From positions 373,736,001-373,800,000 of the forward strand of contig OZ024742.1 of NCBI GenBank assembly GCA_964016885.1: a DNA stretch of 64,000 nucleotides. The letters run 5' to 3'. Made by a program: the position numbers and the translations under genes. This DNA comes from Eledone cirrhosa. Lineage: Eukaryota. This document shows positions 27,001 to 42,000 of the stretch, piece after piece; the stretch's first letter is position 1; each line of letters starts with the position of its first letter. Below the pieces are notes generated by a model. That model did no database searches. It was not told the origin of the DNA and saw nothing but the letters and a program-made list of their open reading frames with translations.

Positions 27001-30000
27001 CTCATTGATTCCACTGAAGAGCTCTGTCTACCTTATGGCCAGATTGGATAACCTAAGACTGACATCAGTAGTAGGGAGAGTGGAGCTCATTGATTCCACT
27101 GAAGAGCTCTGTCTACCTTATGGCCAGATTGGATAACCTAAGACTGACATCAGTAGTAGGGAGAGTGGAGCTCATTGATTCCACTGAAGAGCTCTGTCTA
27201 CCTTATGGCCAGATTGGATAACCTAAGACTGACATCAGTAGTAGGGAGAGTGGAGCTCATTGATTCCACTGAAGAGCTCTCTCTACCTTATGGCCAGATT
27301 GGATAACCTAAGACTGACATCAGTAGTAGTGAGAGTGGAGCTCATTGATTCCACTGAAGAGCTCTGTCTACCTTATAGCCAGATTGGATAACCTAAGACT
27401 GACATTAGTAGTAGGGAGAGTGGAGCTCATTGATTCCACTGAAGAGCTCTGTCTACCTTATAGCCAGATTGGATAACCTAAGACTGACATCAGTAGTAGG
27501 GAGAGTGGAGCTCATTGGTTCCACTGAAGAGCTCTGTCTACCTTATGGCCAGATTGGATAACCTAAGACTTACATCAGTAGTAGGGAGAGTGGAGCTCAT
27601 TGATTCCACTGAAGAGCTCTCTCTACCTTATGGCGAGTTTGGATAACCTAAGATTGACATTAGTAGTAGGGAGAGTGGAGCTCATTGATTCCACTGAAGA
27701 GCTCTGTCTACCTTATGGCCAGATTGGATAACCTAAGACTGACATCAGTAGTAGTGAGAGTGGAGCTCATTGATTCCACTGAAGAGCTCTGTCTACCTTA
27801 TAGCCAGATTGGATAACCTAAGACTGACATCAGTAGTAGGGAGAGTGGAGCTCATTGATTCCACTGAAGAGCTCTGTCTACCTTATGGCCAGATTGGATA
27901 ACCTAAGACTGACATCAGTAGTAGGGAGAGTGGAGCTCATTGATTCCACTGAAGAGCTCTGTCTACCTTATGGCCAGATTGGATAACCTAAGAGTGACAT
28001 CAGTAGTAGGGAGAGTGGAGCTCATTGATTCCACTGAAGAGCTCTGTCTACCTTATGGCCAGTTTGGATAACCTAAGACTGACATTAGTAGTAGGGAGAG
28101 TGGAACTCATTGATTCCACTGAAGAGCTCTGTCTACCTTATGGCCAGATTGGATAACCTAAGATTGACATCAGTAGTAGGGAGAGTGGAGCTTATTGATT
28201 CCACTGAAGAGCTCTGTCTACCTTATGGCCAGATTGGATAACCTAAGACTGACATCAGTAGTAGGGAGAGTGGAGCTCGTTGATTCCACTGAAGAGCTAT
28301 GTGTACCTTATGGCCAGATTGGATAACCTAAGACTGACATTAGTAGTAGGGAGAGTGGAGCTCATTGATTCCACTGAAGAGCTCTGTCTACCTTATGGCC
28401 AGATTGGATAACCTAAGACTTACATCAGTAGTAGGGAGAGTGGAGCTCATTGATTCCACTGAAGAGCTCTGTCTACCTTATGTCCAGTTTGGATAACCTA
28501 AGACTGACATTAGTAGTAGGGAGAGTGGAGCTCATTGATTCCACTGAAGAGCTCTGTCTACCTTATGCTCAGATTGGATAACCTAAGAGTGACATCAGTA
28601 GTAAGGAGAGTGGAGCTCATTGATTCCACTGAAGAGCTCTGTCTACCTTATGTCCAGTTTGGATAACCTAAGACTGACATTAGTAGTAGGGAGAGTGGAG
28701 CTCGTTGATTCGACTGAAGAGCTATGTGTACCTTATGGCCAGATTGGATAACCTAAGACTTACATCAGTAGTAGGGAGAGTGGAACTCATTGATTCCACT
28801 GAAGAGCTCTGTCTACCTTATGTCCAGTTTGGATAACCTAAGACTGACATTAATAGTAGGGAGAGTGGAGCTCATTGATTCCACTGAAGAGCTCTGTCTA
28901 CCTTATGGCCAGATTGGATAACCTAAGACTGACATTAGTAGTAGGGAGAGTGGAACTCATTGATTCCACTGAAGAGCTCTGTCTACCTTATGCTCAGATT
29001 GGATAACCTAAGAGTGACATCAGTAGTAAGGAGAGTGGAGCTCATTGATTCCACTGAAGAGCTCTGTCTACCTTATTGCCAGATTGGATAACCTAAGAGT
29101 GACATCGGTAGTAAGGAGAGTGGAGCTCATTGATTCCACTGAAGAGCTCTGTCTACCTTATTGCCAGATTGGATAACCTAAGAGTGACATCAGTAGTAGG
29201 GAGAGTGGAGCTCATTGATTCCACTGAAGAGCTCTGTCTACCTTATGGCCAGATTGGATAACCTAAGACTGACATCAGTAGTAGGGAGAGTGGAGCTCAT
29301 TGATTCCACTGAAGAGCTCTCTCTACCTTATGGCCAGATTGGATAACCTAAGACTTACATCATTAGTAGGGAGAGTGGAGCTCATTGATTCCACTGAAGA
29401 GCTCTGTCTACCTTATGTCCAGTTTGGATAACCTAAGACTGAAATCAGTAGTAGGGAGAGTGGAGCTCATTGATTCCACTGAAGAGCTCTGTCTACCTTA
29501 TGGTCAGATTGGATAACCTAAGACTGACATCAGTAGTAGTGAGAGTGGAGCTCATTGATTCCACTGAAGAGCTCTGTCTACCTTATGGCCAGATTGGATA
29601 ACCTAAGACTGACATCAGTAGTAGGGAGAGTGGAGCTCATTGATTCCACTGAAGAGCTCTGTCTACCTTATGGCCAGATTGGATAACCTAAGACTGACAT
29701 CAGTAGTAGGGAGAGTGGAGCTCATTGATTCCACTGAAGAGCTCTCTCTACCTTATGGCCAGATTGGATAACCTAAGACTGACATCAGTAGTAGTGAGAG
29801 TAGAGCTCATTGATTCCACTGAAGAGCTCTGTCTACCTTATAGCCAGATTGGATGACCTAAGACTGACATTAGTAGTAGGGAGAGTGGAGCTCATTGATT
29901 CCACTGAAGAGCTCTGTCTACCTTATAGCCAGATTGGATAACCTAAGACTGACATCAGTAGTAGGGAGAGTGGAGCTCATTGGTTCCACTGAAGAGCTCT

Positions 30001-33000
30001 GTCTACCTTATGGCCAGATTGGATAACCTAAGACTTACATCAGTAGTAGGGAGAGTGGAGCTCATTGATTCCACTGAAGAGCTCTCTCTACCTTATGGCG
30101 AGTTTGGATAACCTAAGATTGACATTAGTAGTAGGGAGAGTGGAGCTCATTGATTCCACTGAAGAGCTCTGTCTACCTTATGGCCAGATTGGATAACCTA
30201 AGACTGACATCAGTAGTAGTGAGAGTGGAGCTCATTGATTCCACTGAAGAGCTCTGTCTACCTTATAGCCAGATTGGATAACCTAAGACTGACATCAGTA
30301 GTAGGGAGAGTGGAGCTCATTGATTCCACTGAAGAGCTCTGTCTACCTTATGGCCAGATTGGATAACCTAAGACTGACATCAGTAGTAGGGAGAGTGGAG
30401 CTCATTGATTCCACTGAAGAGCTCTGTCTACCTTATGGCCAGATTGGATAACCTAAGAGTGACATCAGTAGTAGGGAGAGTGGAGCTCATTGATTCCACT
30501 GAAGAGCTCTGTCTACCTTATGGCCAGTTTGGATAACCTAAGACTGACATTAGTAGTAGGGAGAGTGGAACTCATTGATTCCACTGAAGAGCTCTGTCTA
30601 CCTTATGGCCAGATTGGATAACCTAAGATTGACATCAGTAGTAGGGAGAGTGGAGCTTATTGATTCCACTGAAGAGCTCTGTCTACCTTATGGCCAGATT
30701 GGATAACCTAAGACTGACATCAGTAGTAGGGAGAGTGGAGCTCGTTGATTCCACTGAAGAGCTATGTGTACCTTATGGCCAGATTGGATAACCTAAGACT
30801 GACATTAGTAGTAGGGAGAGTGGAGCTCATTGATTCCACTGAAGAGCTCTGTCTACCTTATGGCCAGATTGGATAACCTAAGACTTACATCAGTAGTAGG
30901 GAGAGTGGAGCTCATTGATTCCACTGAAGAGCTCTGTCTACCTTATGTCCAGTTTGGATAACCTAAGACTGACATTAGTAGTAGGGAGAGTGGAGCTCAT
31001 TGATTCCACTGAAGAGCTCTGTCTACCTTATGCTCAGATTGGATAACCTAAGAGTGACATCAGTAGTAAGGAGAGTGGAGCTCATTGATTCCACTGAAGA
31101 GCTCTGTCTACCTTATGTCCAGTTTGGATAACCTAAGACTGACATTAGTAGTAGGGAGAGTGGAGCTCGTTGATTCCACTGAAGAGCTATGTGTACCTTA
31201 TGGCCAGATTGGATAACCTAAGACTTACATCAGTAGTAGGGAGAGTGGAACTCATTGATTCCACTGAAGAGCTCTGTCTACCTTATGTCCAGTTTGGATA
31301 ACCTAAGACTGACATTAGTAGTAGGGAGAGTGGAGCTCATTGATTCCACTGAAGAGCTCTGTCTACCTTATGGCCAGATTGGATAACCTAAGACTGACAT
31401 TAGTAGTAGGGAGAGTGGAACTCATTGATTCCACTGAAGAGCTCTGTCTACCTTATGGCCAGATTGGATAACCTAAGACTGACATTAGTAGTAGGGAGAG
31501 TGGAACTCATTGATTCCACTGAAGAGCTCTGTCTACCTTATGTCCAGTTTGGATAACCTAAGACTGACATTAGTAGTAGGGAGAGTGGAGCTCATTGATT
31601 CCACTGAAGAGCTCTGTCTACCTTATGGCCAGATTGGATAACCTAAGACTGACATCAGGAGTAGGGAGAGTGGAGCTCATTGATTCCACTAAAGAGCTCT
31701 GTCTACCTTGTGGCCAGTTTGGATAACCTACGACTGACATCAGTAGTAGGGAGAGTGGAGCTCATTGATTCCACTAAAGAGCTCTGTCTACCTTGTGGCC
31801 AGTTTGGATAACCTACGACTGACATCAGTAGTAGGGAGAGTGGAGCTCATTGATTCCACTAAAGAGCTCTGTCTACCTTGTGGCCAGTTTGGATAACCTA
31901 CGACTGACATCAGTAGTAGGGAGAGTGGAGCTCATTGATTCCACTGAAGAGCTCTCTCTACCTTATGGCCAGTTTGGATAACCTAAGACTGACATCAGTA
32001 GTAGGGAGAGTGGAGCTCATTAATTCCACTGAAGAGCTCTGTCTACCTTATGGCCAGTTTGGATAACCTAAGACTGACATCAGTAGTAGGGAGAGTGGAG
32101 CTCATTAATTCCACTGAAGAGCTCTCTCTACCTTATGGCCAGTTTGGATAACCTAAGACTGACCTCAGTAGTAGGGAGAGTGGAGCTCATTAATTCCACT
32201 GAAGAGCTCTCTCTACCTTATGGCCAGTTTGGATAACCTAAGACTGACATCAGTAGTAGGGAGAGTGGAGCTCATTAATTCCACTGAAGAGCTCTCTCTA
32301 CCTATCGCCAGTTTGGATAACCTAAGACTGACATCAGTAGTAGGTAGAGTGGAGCTCATTAATTCCACTGAAGAGCTCTCTCTACCTTATGGCCAGTTTG
32401 GATAACCTAAGACTGACATCAGTAGTAGGGAGAGTGGAGCTCATTGATTCCACTGAAGAGCTCTCTCTACCTTATGGCCAGTTTGGATAACCTACGACTG
32501 ACATCAGTAGTAGGGAGAGTGGAGCTCATTGATTCCACTGAAGAGCTCTCTCTACCTTATGGCCAGATTGGATAACCTAAGACTGACATCAGTAGTAGGG
32601 AGAGTGGAGTTCATTAATTCCACTGAAGAGCTCTCTCTACCTTATGGCGAGTTTGGATAACCTAAGACTGACATTAGTAGTAGGGATAGTAGAGCTCATT
32701 GATTCCACTGAAGAGCTCTGTCTACCTTATGGCCAGATTGGATAACCTAAGACTGACATTAGTAGTATGGAGAGTGGAGCTCATTGATTCCACTGAAGAG
32801 CTCTGTCTACCTTATGGCCAGTTTGGATAACCTAAGACTGACATCAGTAGTAGGGAGAGTGGAGCTCATTGATTCCACTGAAGAGCTCTGTCTACCTTAT
32901 GGCCAGTTTGGATAACCTAAGATTGACATCAGTAGTAGGGAGAGTGGAACTCATTGATTCCACTGAAGAGCTCTGTCTACCTTATAGCCAGATTGGATAA

Positions 33001-36000
33001 CCTAAGACTGACATCATTAGTAGGGAGAGTGGAGCTCATTGATTCCACTGAAGAGCTCTCTCTACCTTATGGCCAGATTGGATAACCTAAGACTGTCATT
33101 AGTAGTAGGGAGAGTGGAGCTCATTGATTCCACTGAAGAGCTCTGTCTACCTTATGGTCAGATTGGATAACCTAAGACTGACATCATTAGTAGGGAGAGT
33201 GGAGCTCATTGATTCCACTGAAGAGCTCTCTCTACCTTATGGCCAGATTGGATAACCTAAGACTGACATCAGTAGTAGGGAGAGTGGAGCTCATTGATTC
33301 CACTGAAGAGCTCTGTCTACCTTATGGCCAGATTGGATAACCTAAGACTGACATCAGTAGTAGTGAGAGTGGAGCTCATTGATTCCACTGAAGAGCTCTG
33401 TCTACCTTATGGCCAGTTTGGATAACCTAAGACTGACATCAGTAGTAGGGAGAGTGGAGCTCATTGATTCCACTGAAGAGCTCTCTCAACCTTATGGCCA
33501 GATTGGATAACGTAAGACTGACATCAGTAGTAGGGAGAGTGGAGCTCATTGATTCCACTGAAGAGCTCTCTCTACCTTATGGCCAGATTGGATAACGTAA
33601 GACTGACATCAGTAGAAGGGAGAGTGGAGCTCATTGATTCCACTGAAGAGCTCTCTCTACCTTATGGCCAGATTGGATAACGTAAGACTGACATCAGTAG
33701 TAGGGAGAGTGGAGCTCATTGATTCCACTGAAGAGCTCTCTCTACCTTATGGCCAGATTGGATAACGTAAGACTGACATCAGTAGTAGGGAGAGTGGAGC
33801 TCATTGATTCCACTGAAGAGCTCTCTCTACCTTATGGCCAGATTGGATAACGTAAGACTGACATCAGTAGAAGGGAGAGTGGAGCTCATTGATTCCACTA
33901 AAGAGCTCTGTCTACCTTATGGCCAGTTTGGATAACCTAAGACTGACATCAGTAGTAGGGAGAGTGGAGCTCATTGATTCCACTGAAGAGCTCTCTCAAC
34001 CTTATGGCCAGATTGGATAACCTAAGACTGACATCAGTAGTAGGGAGAGTGGAGCTCATTGATTCCACTGAAGAGCTCTCTCTACCTTATGGCCAGATTG
34101 GATAACCTAAGACTGACATTAGTAGTAGGGAGAGTGGAGCTCATTGATTCCACTGAAGAGCTCTGTCTATCTTATGTCCAGTTTGGATAACCTAAGACTG
34201 ACATCAGTAGTAGGGAGAGTGGAACTCATTGATTCCACTGAAGAGCTCTGTCTACCTTATGGCCAGATTGGATAACCTAAGACTGTCATCAGTAGTAGGG
34301 AGAGTGGAGCTCATTGATTCCACTGAAGAGCTCTGTCTACCTTATGGCCAGATTGGATAACCTAAGACTGTCATCAGTAGTAGGGAGAGTGGAGCTCATT
34401 GATTCCACTGAAGAGCTCTGTCTACCTTATGTCCAGTTTGGATAACCTAAGACTGACATCAGTAGTAGGGAGAGTGGAACTCATTGATTCCACTGAAGAG
34501 CTCTGTCTACCTTATGGCCAGATTGGATAACCTAAGACTGTCATCAGTAGTAGGGAGAGTGGAGCTCATTGATTCCACTGAAGAGCTCTGTCTACCTTAT
34601 GGCCAGATTGGATAACCTAAGACTGACATCAGTAGTAGGGAGAGTGGAGCTCGTTGATTCCACTGAAGAGCTCTGTTTACCTTATGGCCAGATTGGATAA
34701 CCTAAGACTGACATCAGTAGTAGGGAGAGTGGAGCTCGTTGATTCCACTGAAGAGCTCTGTTTACCTTATGGCCAGATTGGATAACCTAAGACTGACATC
34801 AGTATTAGGGAGAGTGGAGCAGATTGATTCCACTGAAGAGCTCTGTCTACCTTATGGCCAGATTGGATAACCTAAGACTGACATCAGTAGTAGGGAGAGT
34901 GGAGCTCGTTGATTCCACTGAAGAGCTCTGTTTACCTTATGGCCAGATTGGATAACCTAAGACTGACATCAGTAGTAGGGAGAGTGGAGCTCGTTGATTC
35001 TACTGAAGAGCTCTGTTTACCTTATGGCCAGATTGGATAACCTAAGACTGACATCAGTAGTAAGGAGAGTGGAGCTCATTGATGTCACTGAAGAGCTCTG
35101 TCTACCTTATGTCCAGTTTGGATAACCTAAGACTGACATTAGTAGTAGGGAGAGTGGAGCTCATTGATTCCACTGAAGAGCTCTGTCTACCTTATGTCCA
35201 GTTTGGATAACCTAAGACTGACATCAGTAGTAGTGAGAGTGGAGCTCATTGATTCCACTGAAGAGCTCTGTCTACCTTATGGCCAGATTGGATAACCTAA
35301 GACTGACATCAGTAGTAGGGAGAGTGGAGCTCATTGATCCCACTGAAGAGCTCTGTCTACCTTATGGCCAGATTGGATAACCTAAGACTGTCATCAGGAG
35401 TAGGGAGAGTGGAGCTCATTGATTCCACTAAAGAGCTCTGTCTACCTTGTGGCCAGTTTGGATAACCTACGACTGACATCAGTAGTAGGGAGAGTGGAGC
35501 TCATTGATTCCACTAAAGAGCTCTGTCTACCTTGTGGCCAGTTTGGATAACCTACGACTGACATCAGTAGTAGGGAGAGTGGAGCTCATTGATTCCACTG
35601 AAGAGCTCTCTCTACCTTATGGCCAGATTGGATAACCTAAGACTGACATCAGTAGTAGGGAGAGTGGAGCTCATTGATTCCACTGAAGAGCTCTCTCTAC
35701 CTTATGGCCAGATTGGATAACCTAAGACTGACATCAGTAGTAGGGAGAGTGGAGCTCATTAATTCCACTGAAGAGCTCTGTCTACCTTATGGCCAGATTG
35801 GATAACCTAAGACTGACATCAGTAGTAGGGAGAGTGGAGTTCATTAATTCCACTGAAGAGCTCTGTCTACCTTATGCTCAGATTGGATAACCTAAGAGTG
35901 ACATCAGTAGTAGAGAGAGTGGAGCTCATTGATTCCACTGAAGAGCTCTGTCTACCTTATGGCCAGTTTGGATAACCTAAGACTGTCATCAGTAGTAGGG

Positions 36001-39000
36001 AGAGTGGAACTCATTGATTCCACTGAAGAGCTCTGTCTACCTTATGCTCAGATTGGATAACCTAAGAGTGACATCAGTAGTAGAGAGAGTGGAGCTCATT
36101 GATTCCACTGAAGAGCTCTGTCTACCTTATGGCCAGTTTGGATAACCTAAGACTGACATTAGTAGTAGGGAGAGTGGAGCTCATTGATTCCACTGAAGAG
36201 CTCTGTCTACCTTATGGCCAGATTGGATAACCTAAGACTGACATCAGTAGTAGGGAGAGTGGAGCTTATTGATTCCACTGAAGAGCTCTGTCTACCTTAT
36301 GGCCAGTTTGGATAACCTAAGACTGACATTAGTAGTAGGGAGAGTGGAGCTTATTGATTCCACTGAAGAGCTCTGTCTACCTTATGGTCAGTTTGGATAA
36401 CCTAAGACTGACATCAGTAGTAGGGAGAGTGGAGCTCATTGATTCCACTGAAGAGCTCTGTCTACCTTATGGCCAGATTGGATAACCTAAGACTGACATC
36501 AGTAGTAGGGAGAGTGGAGCTTATTGATTCCACTGAAGAGCTCTGTCTACCTTATGGCCAGTTTGGATAACCTAAGACTGACATCATTAGTAGGGAGAGT
36601 GGAGCTCATTGATTCCACTGAAGAGCTCTCTCTACCTTATGGCCAGATTGGATAACCTAAGACTGACATCAGTAGTAGGGAGAGTGGAGCTCATTGATTC
36701 CACTGAAGAGCTCTGTCTACCTTATGGCCAGATTGGATAACCTAAGACTGACATCAGTAGTAGTGAGAGTGGAGCTCATTGATTCCACTGAAGAGCTCTG
36801 TCTACCTTATGGCCAGTTTGGATAACCTAAGACTGACATCAGTAGTAGGGAGAGTGGAGCTCATTGATTCCACTGAAGAGCTCTCTCAACCTTATGGCCA
36901 GATTGGATAACGTAAGACTGACATCAGTAGTAGGGAGAGTGGAGCTCATTGATTCCACTGAAGAGCTCTCTCTACCTTATGGCCAGATTGGATAACGTAA
37001 GACTGACATCAGTAGAAGGGAGAGTGGAGCTCATTGATTCCACTGAAGAGCTCTCTCTACCTTATGGCCAGATTGGATAACGTAAGACTGACATCAGTAG
37101 TAGGGAGAGTGGAGCTCATTGATTCCACTGAAGAGCTCTCTCTACCTTATGGCCAGATTGGATAACGTAAGACTGACATCAGTAGTAGGGAGAGTGGAGC
37201 TCATTGATTCCACTGAAGAGCTCTCTCTACCTTATGGCCAGATTGGATAACGTAAGACTGACATCAGTAGAAGGGAGAGTGGAGCTCATTGATTCCACTA
37301 AAGAGCTCTGTCTACCTTATGGCCAGTTTGGATAACCTAAGACTGACATCAGTAGTAGGGAGAGTGGAGCTCATTGATTCCACTGAAGAGCTCTCTCAAC
37401 CTTATGGCCAGATTGGATAACCTAAGACTGACATCAGTAGTAGGGAGAGTGGAGCTCATTGATTCCACTGAAGAGCTCTCTCTACCTTATGGCCAGATTG
37501 GATAACCTAAGACTGACATTAGTAGTAGGGAGAGTGGAGTTCATTGATTCCACTGAAGAGCTCTGTCTACCTTATGTCCAGTTTGGATAACCTAAGACTG
37601 ACATCAGTAGTAGGGAGAGTGGAACTCATTGATTCCACTGAAGAGCTCTGTCTACCTTATGGCCAGATTGGATAACCTAAGACTGTCATCAGTAGTAGGG
37701 AGAGTGGAGCTCATTGATTCCACTGAAGAGCTCTGTCTACCTTATGGCCAGATTGGATAACCTAAGACTGTCATCAGTAGTAGGGAGAGTGGAGCTCATT
37801 GATTCCACTGAAGAGCTCTGTCTACCTTATGTCCAGTTTGGATAACCTAAGACTGACATCAGTAGTAGGGAGAGTGGAACTCATTGATTCCACTGAAGAG
37901 CTCTGTCTACCTTATGGCCAGATTGGATAACCTAAGACTGTCATCAGTAGTAGGGAGAGTGGAGCTCATTGATTCCACTGAAGAGCTCTGTCTACCTTAT
38001 GGCCAGATTGGATAACCTAAGACTGACATCAGTAGTAGGGAGAGTGGAGCTCGTTGATTCCACTGAAGAGCTCTGTTTACCTTATGGCCAGATTGGATAA
38101 CCTAAGACTGACATCAGTAGTAGGGAGAGTGGAGCTCGTTGATTCCACTGAAGAGCTCTGTTTACCTTATGGCCAGATTGGATAACCTAAGACTGACATC
38201 AGTAGTAGGGAGAGTGGAGCAGATTGATTCCACTGAAGAGCTCTGTCTACCTTATGGCCAGATTGGATAACCTAAGACTGACATCAGTAGTAGGGAGAGT
38301 GGAGCTCGTTGATTCCACTGAAGAGCTCTGTTTACCTTATGGCCAGATTGGATAACCTAAGACTGACATCAGTAGTAGGGAAAGTGGAGCTCGTTGATTC
38401 TACTGAAGAGCTCTGTTTACCTTATGGCCAGATTGGATAACCTAAGACTGACATCAGTAGTAAGGAGAGTGGAGCTCATTGATGTCACTGAAGAGCTCTG
38501 TCTACCTTATGTCCAGTTTGGATAACCTAAGACTGACATTAGTAGTAGGGAGAGTGGAGCTCATTGATTCCACTGAAGAGCTCTGTCTACCTTATGTCCA
38601 GTTTGGATAACCTAAGACTGACATCAGTAGTAGTGAGAGTGGAGCTCATTGATTCCACTGAAGAGCTCTGTCTACCTTATGGCCAGATTGGATAACCTAA
38701 GACTGACATCAGTAGTAGGGAGAGTGGAGCTCATTGATCCCACTGAAGAGCTCTGTCTACCTTATGGCCAGATTGGATAACCTAAGACTGTCATCAGGAG
38801 TAGAGAGAGTGGAGCTCATTGATTCCACTAAAGAGCTCTGTCTACCTTGTGGCCAGTTTGGATAACCTACGACTGACATCAGTAGTAGGGAGAGTGGAGC
38901 TCATTGATTCCACTAAAGAGCTCTGTCTACCTTGTGGCCAGTTTGGATAACCTACGACTGACATCAGTAGTAGGGAGAGTGGAGCTCATTGATTCCACTG

Positions 39001-42000
39001 AAGAGCTCTCTCTACCTTATGGCCAGATTGGATAACCTAAGACTGACATCAGTAGTAGGGAGAGTGGAGCTCATTGATTCCACTGAAGAGCTCTCTCTAC
39101 CTTATGGCCAGATTGGATAACCTAAGACTGACATCAGTAGTAGGGAGAGTGGAGCTCATTAATTCCACTGAAGAGCTCTGTCTACCTTATGGCCAGATTG
39201 GATAACCTAAGACTGACATCAGTAGTAGGGAGAGTGGAGTTCATTAATTCCACTGAAGAGCTCTGTCTACCTTATGCTCAGATTGGATAACCTAAGAGTG
39301 ACATCAGTAGTAGAGAGAGTGGAGCTCATTGATTCCACTGAAGAGCTCTGTCTACCTTATGGCCAGTTTGGATAACCTAAGACTGACATTAGTAGTAGGG
39401 AGAGTGGAGCTCATTGATTCCACTGAAGAGCTCTGTCTACCTTATGGCCAGATTGGATAACCTAAGACTGACATCAGTAGTAGGGAGAGTGGAGCTTATT
39501 GATTCCACTGAAGAGCTCTGTCTACCTTATGGCCAGTTTGGATAACCTAAGACTGACATTAGTAGTAGGGAGAGTGGAGCTTATTGATTCCACTGAAGAG
39601 CTCTGTCTACCTTATGGTCAGTTTGGATAACCTAAGACTGACATCAGTAGTAGGGAGAGTGGAGCTCATTGATTCCACTGAAGAGCTCTGTCTACCTTAT
39701 GGCCAGATTGGATAACCTAAGACTGACATCAGTAGTAAGGAGAGTGGAGCTCATTGATTCCACTGAAGAGCTCTCTCTACCTTATGGCCAGATTGGATAA
39801 CCTAAGACTGACATCAGTAGAAGGGAGAGTGGAGCTCATTCATTCCACTGAAGAGCTCTGTCTACCTTATGGCCAGATTGGATAACCTAAGACTGACATC
39901 AGTAGTAGGGAGAGTGGAGCTCATTGATTCCACTGAATAGCTCTCTCTACCTTATGGCCAGATTGGATAACCTAAGACTGACATCAGTAGAAGGGAGAGT
40001 GGAGCTCATTCATTCCACTGAAGAGCTCTGTCTACCTTATGGCCAGATTGGATAACCTAAGACTGACATCAGTAGTAGGGAGAGTGGAGCTCATTGATTC
40101 CACTGAAGAGCTCTCTCTACCTTATGGCCAGATTGGATAACCTAAGACTGACATCAGTAGAAGGGAGAGTGGAGCTCATTCATTCCACTGAAGAGCTCTG
40201 TCTACCTTATGGCCAGATTGGATAACCTAAGACTGACATCAGTAGTAGGGAGAGTGGAGCTCATTGATTCCACTGAAGAGCTCTCTCTACCTTATGGCCA
40301 GATTGGATAACCTAAGACTGACATCAGTAGAAGGGAGAGTGGAGCTCATTCATTCCACTGAAGAGCTCTGTCTACCTTATGGCCAGATTGGATAACCTAA
40401 GACTGACATCAGTAGTAGGGAGAGTGGAGCTCATTGATTCCACTGAAGAGCTCTGTCTATCTTATGGCCAGATTGGATAACCTAAGACTGACATTAGTAG
40501 TAGGGAGAGTGGAGCTCATTGACTCCACTGAAGAGCTCTCTCTACCTTATGGCCAGATTGGTTAACCTAAGACTGACATCAGTAGTAGGGAGAGTGGAAC
40601 TCATTGATTCCACTGAAGAGCTCCGTCTACTTGATGGCCAAATTGGATAACCTAAGACTGACATCAGTAGTATGGATAGTGGAGCTCATTGATTCCACTG
40701 AAGAGCTCTGTCTAACTGATGGCCATATTGGATAACCTAAGACTGTCATCAGTAGTAGGGAGAGTGGAGCTCATTGATTCCACTGAAGAGCTCTATCTAC
40801 CTTATGGCCAGATTGGATAACCTAAGACTTACATCAGTAGTAGGGAGAGTGGAGCTCATTGATTCCACTGAAGAGCTCTGTCTACCTTATGGCCAGATTG
40901 GATAACCTAAGACTGACATCAGTAGTAGGGAGAGTGGAGCTCATTGATTCCACTAAAGAGCTCTGTCTACCTTGTGGCCAGTTTGGATAACCTACGACTG
41001 ACATCAGTAGTAGGTAGAGTGGAGCTCATTGATTCCACTAAAGAGCTCTGTCTACCTTGTGGCCAGTTTGGATAACCTACGACTGACATCAGTAGTAGGG
41101 AGAGTGGAGCTCATTGATTCCACTGAAGAGCTCTCTCTACCTTATGGCCAGTTTGGATAACCTAAGACTGACATCAGTAGTAGGGAGAGTGGAGCTCATT
41201 AATTCCACTGAAGAGCTCTGTCTACCTTATGGTCAGATTGGATAACCTAAGACTGACATCAGTAGTAGGGAGAGTGGAGTTCATTAATTCCACTGAAGAG
41301 CTCTCTCTACCTTATGGCCAGTTTGGATAACCTAAGACTGACATCAGTAGTAGGGAGAGTGGAGCTCATTGATTCCACTAAAGAGCTCTGTCTACCTTGT
41401 GGCCAGATTGGATAACCTAAGACTGACATCAGTAGTAGGGAGAGTGGAGCTCATTGATTCCACTGAAGAGCTCTGTCTACCTTATGGCCAGATTGGATAA
41501 CCTAAGACTGACATCAGTAGTAGGGAGAGTGGAGCTCGTTGATTCCACTGAAGAGCTCTGTTTACCTTATGGCCAGATTGGATAACCTAAGACTGACATC
41601 AGTAGTAGGGAGAGTGGAGCTCGTTGATTCTACTGAAGAGCTCTGTTTACCTTATGGCCAGATTGGATAACCTAAGACTGACATCAGTAGTAAGGAGAGT
41701 GGAGCTCATTGATGTCACTGAAGAGCTCTGTCTACCTTATGTCCAGTTTGGATAACCTAAGACTGACATTAGTAGTAGGGAGAGTGGAGCTCATTGATTC
41801 CACTGAAGAGCTCTGTCTACCTTATGTCCAGTTTGGATAACCTAAGACTGACATCAGTAGTAGTGAGAGTGGAGCTCATTGATTCCACTGAAGAGCTCTG
41901 TCTACCTTATGGCCAGATTGGATAACCTAAGACTGACATCAGTAGTAGGGAGAGTGGAGCTCATTGATCCCACTGAAGAGCTCTGTCTACCTTATGGCCA

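Noticed and set aside
22613-32405. Three identical 61-aa ORFs (MASLDNLRLTS...)
   Set aside because: Produced by an 84-bp deletion monomer keeping one frame open; useful only as HOR markers. 85 is not a multiple of 3 and the frames hit stops.
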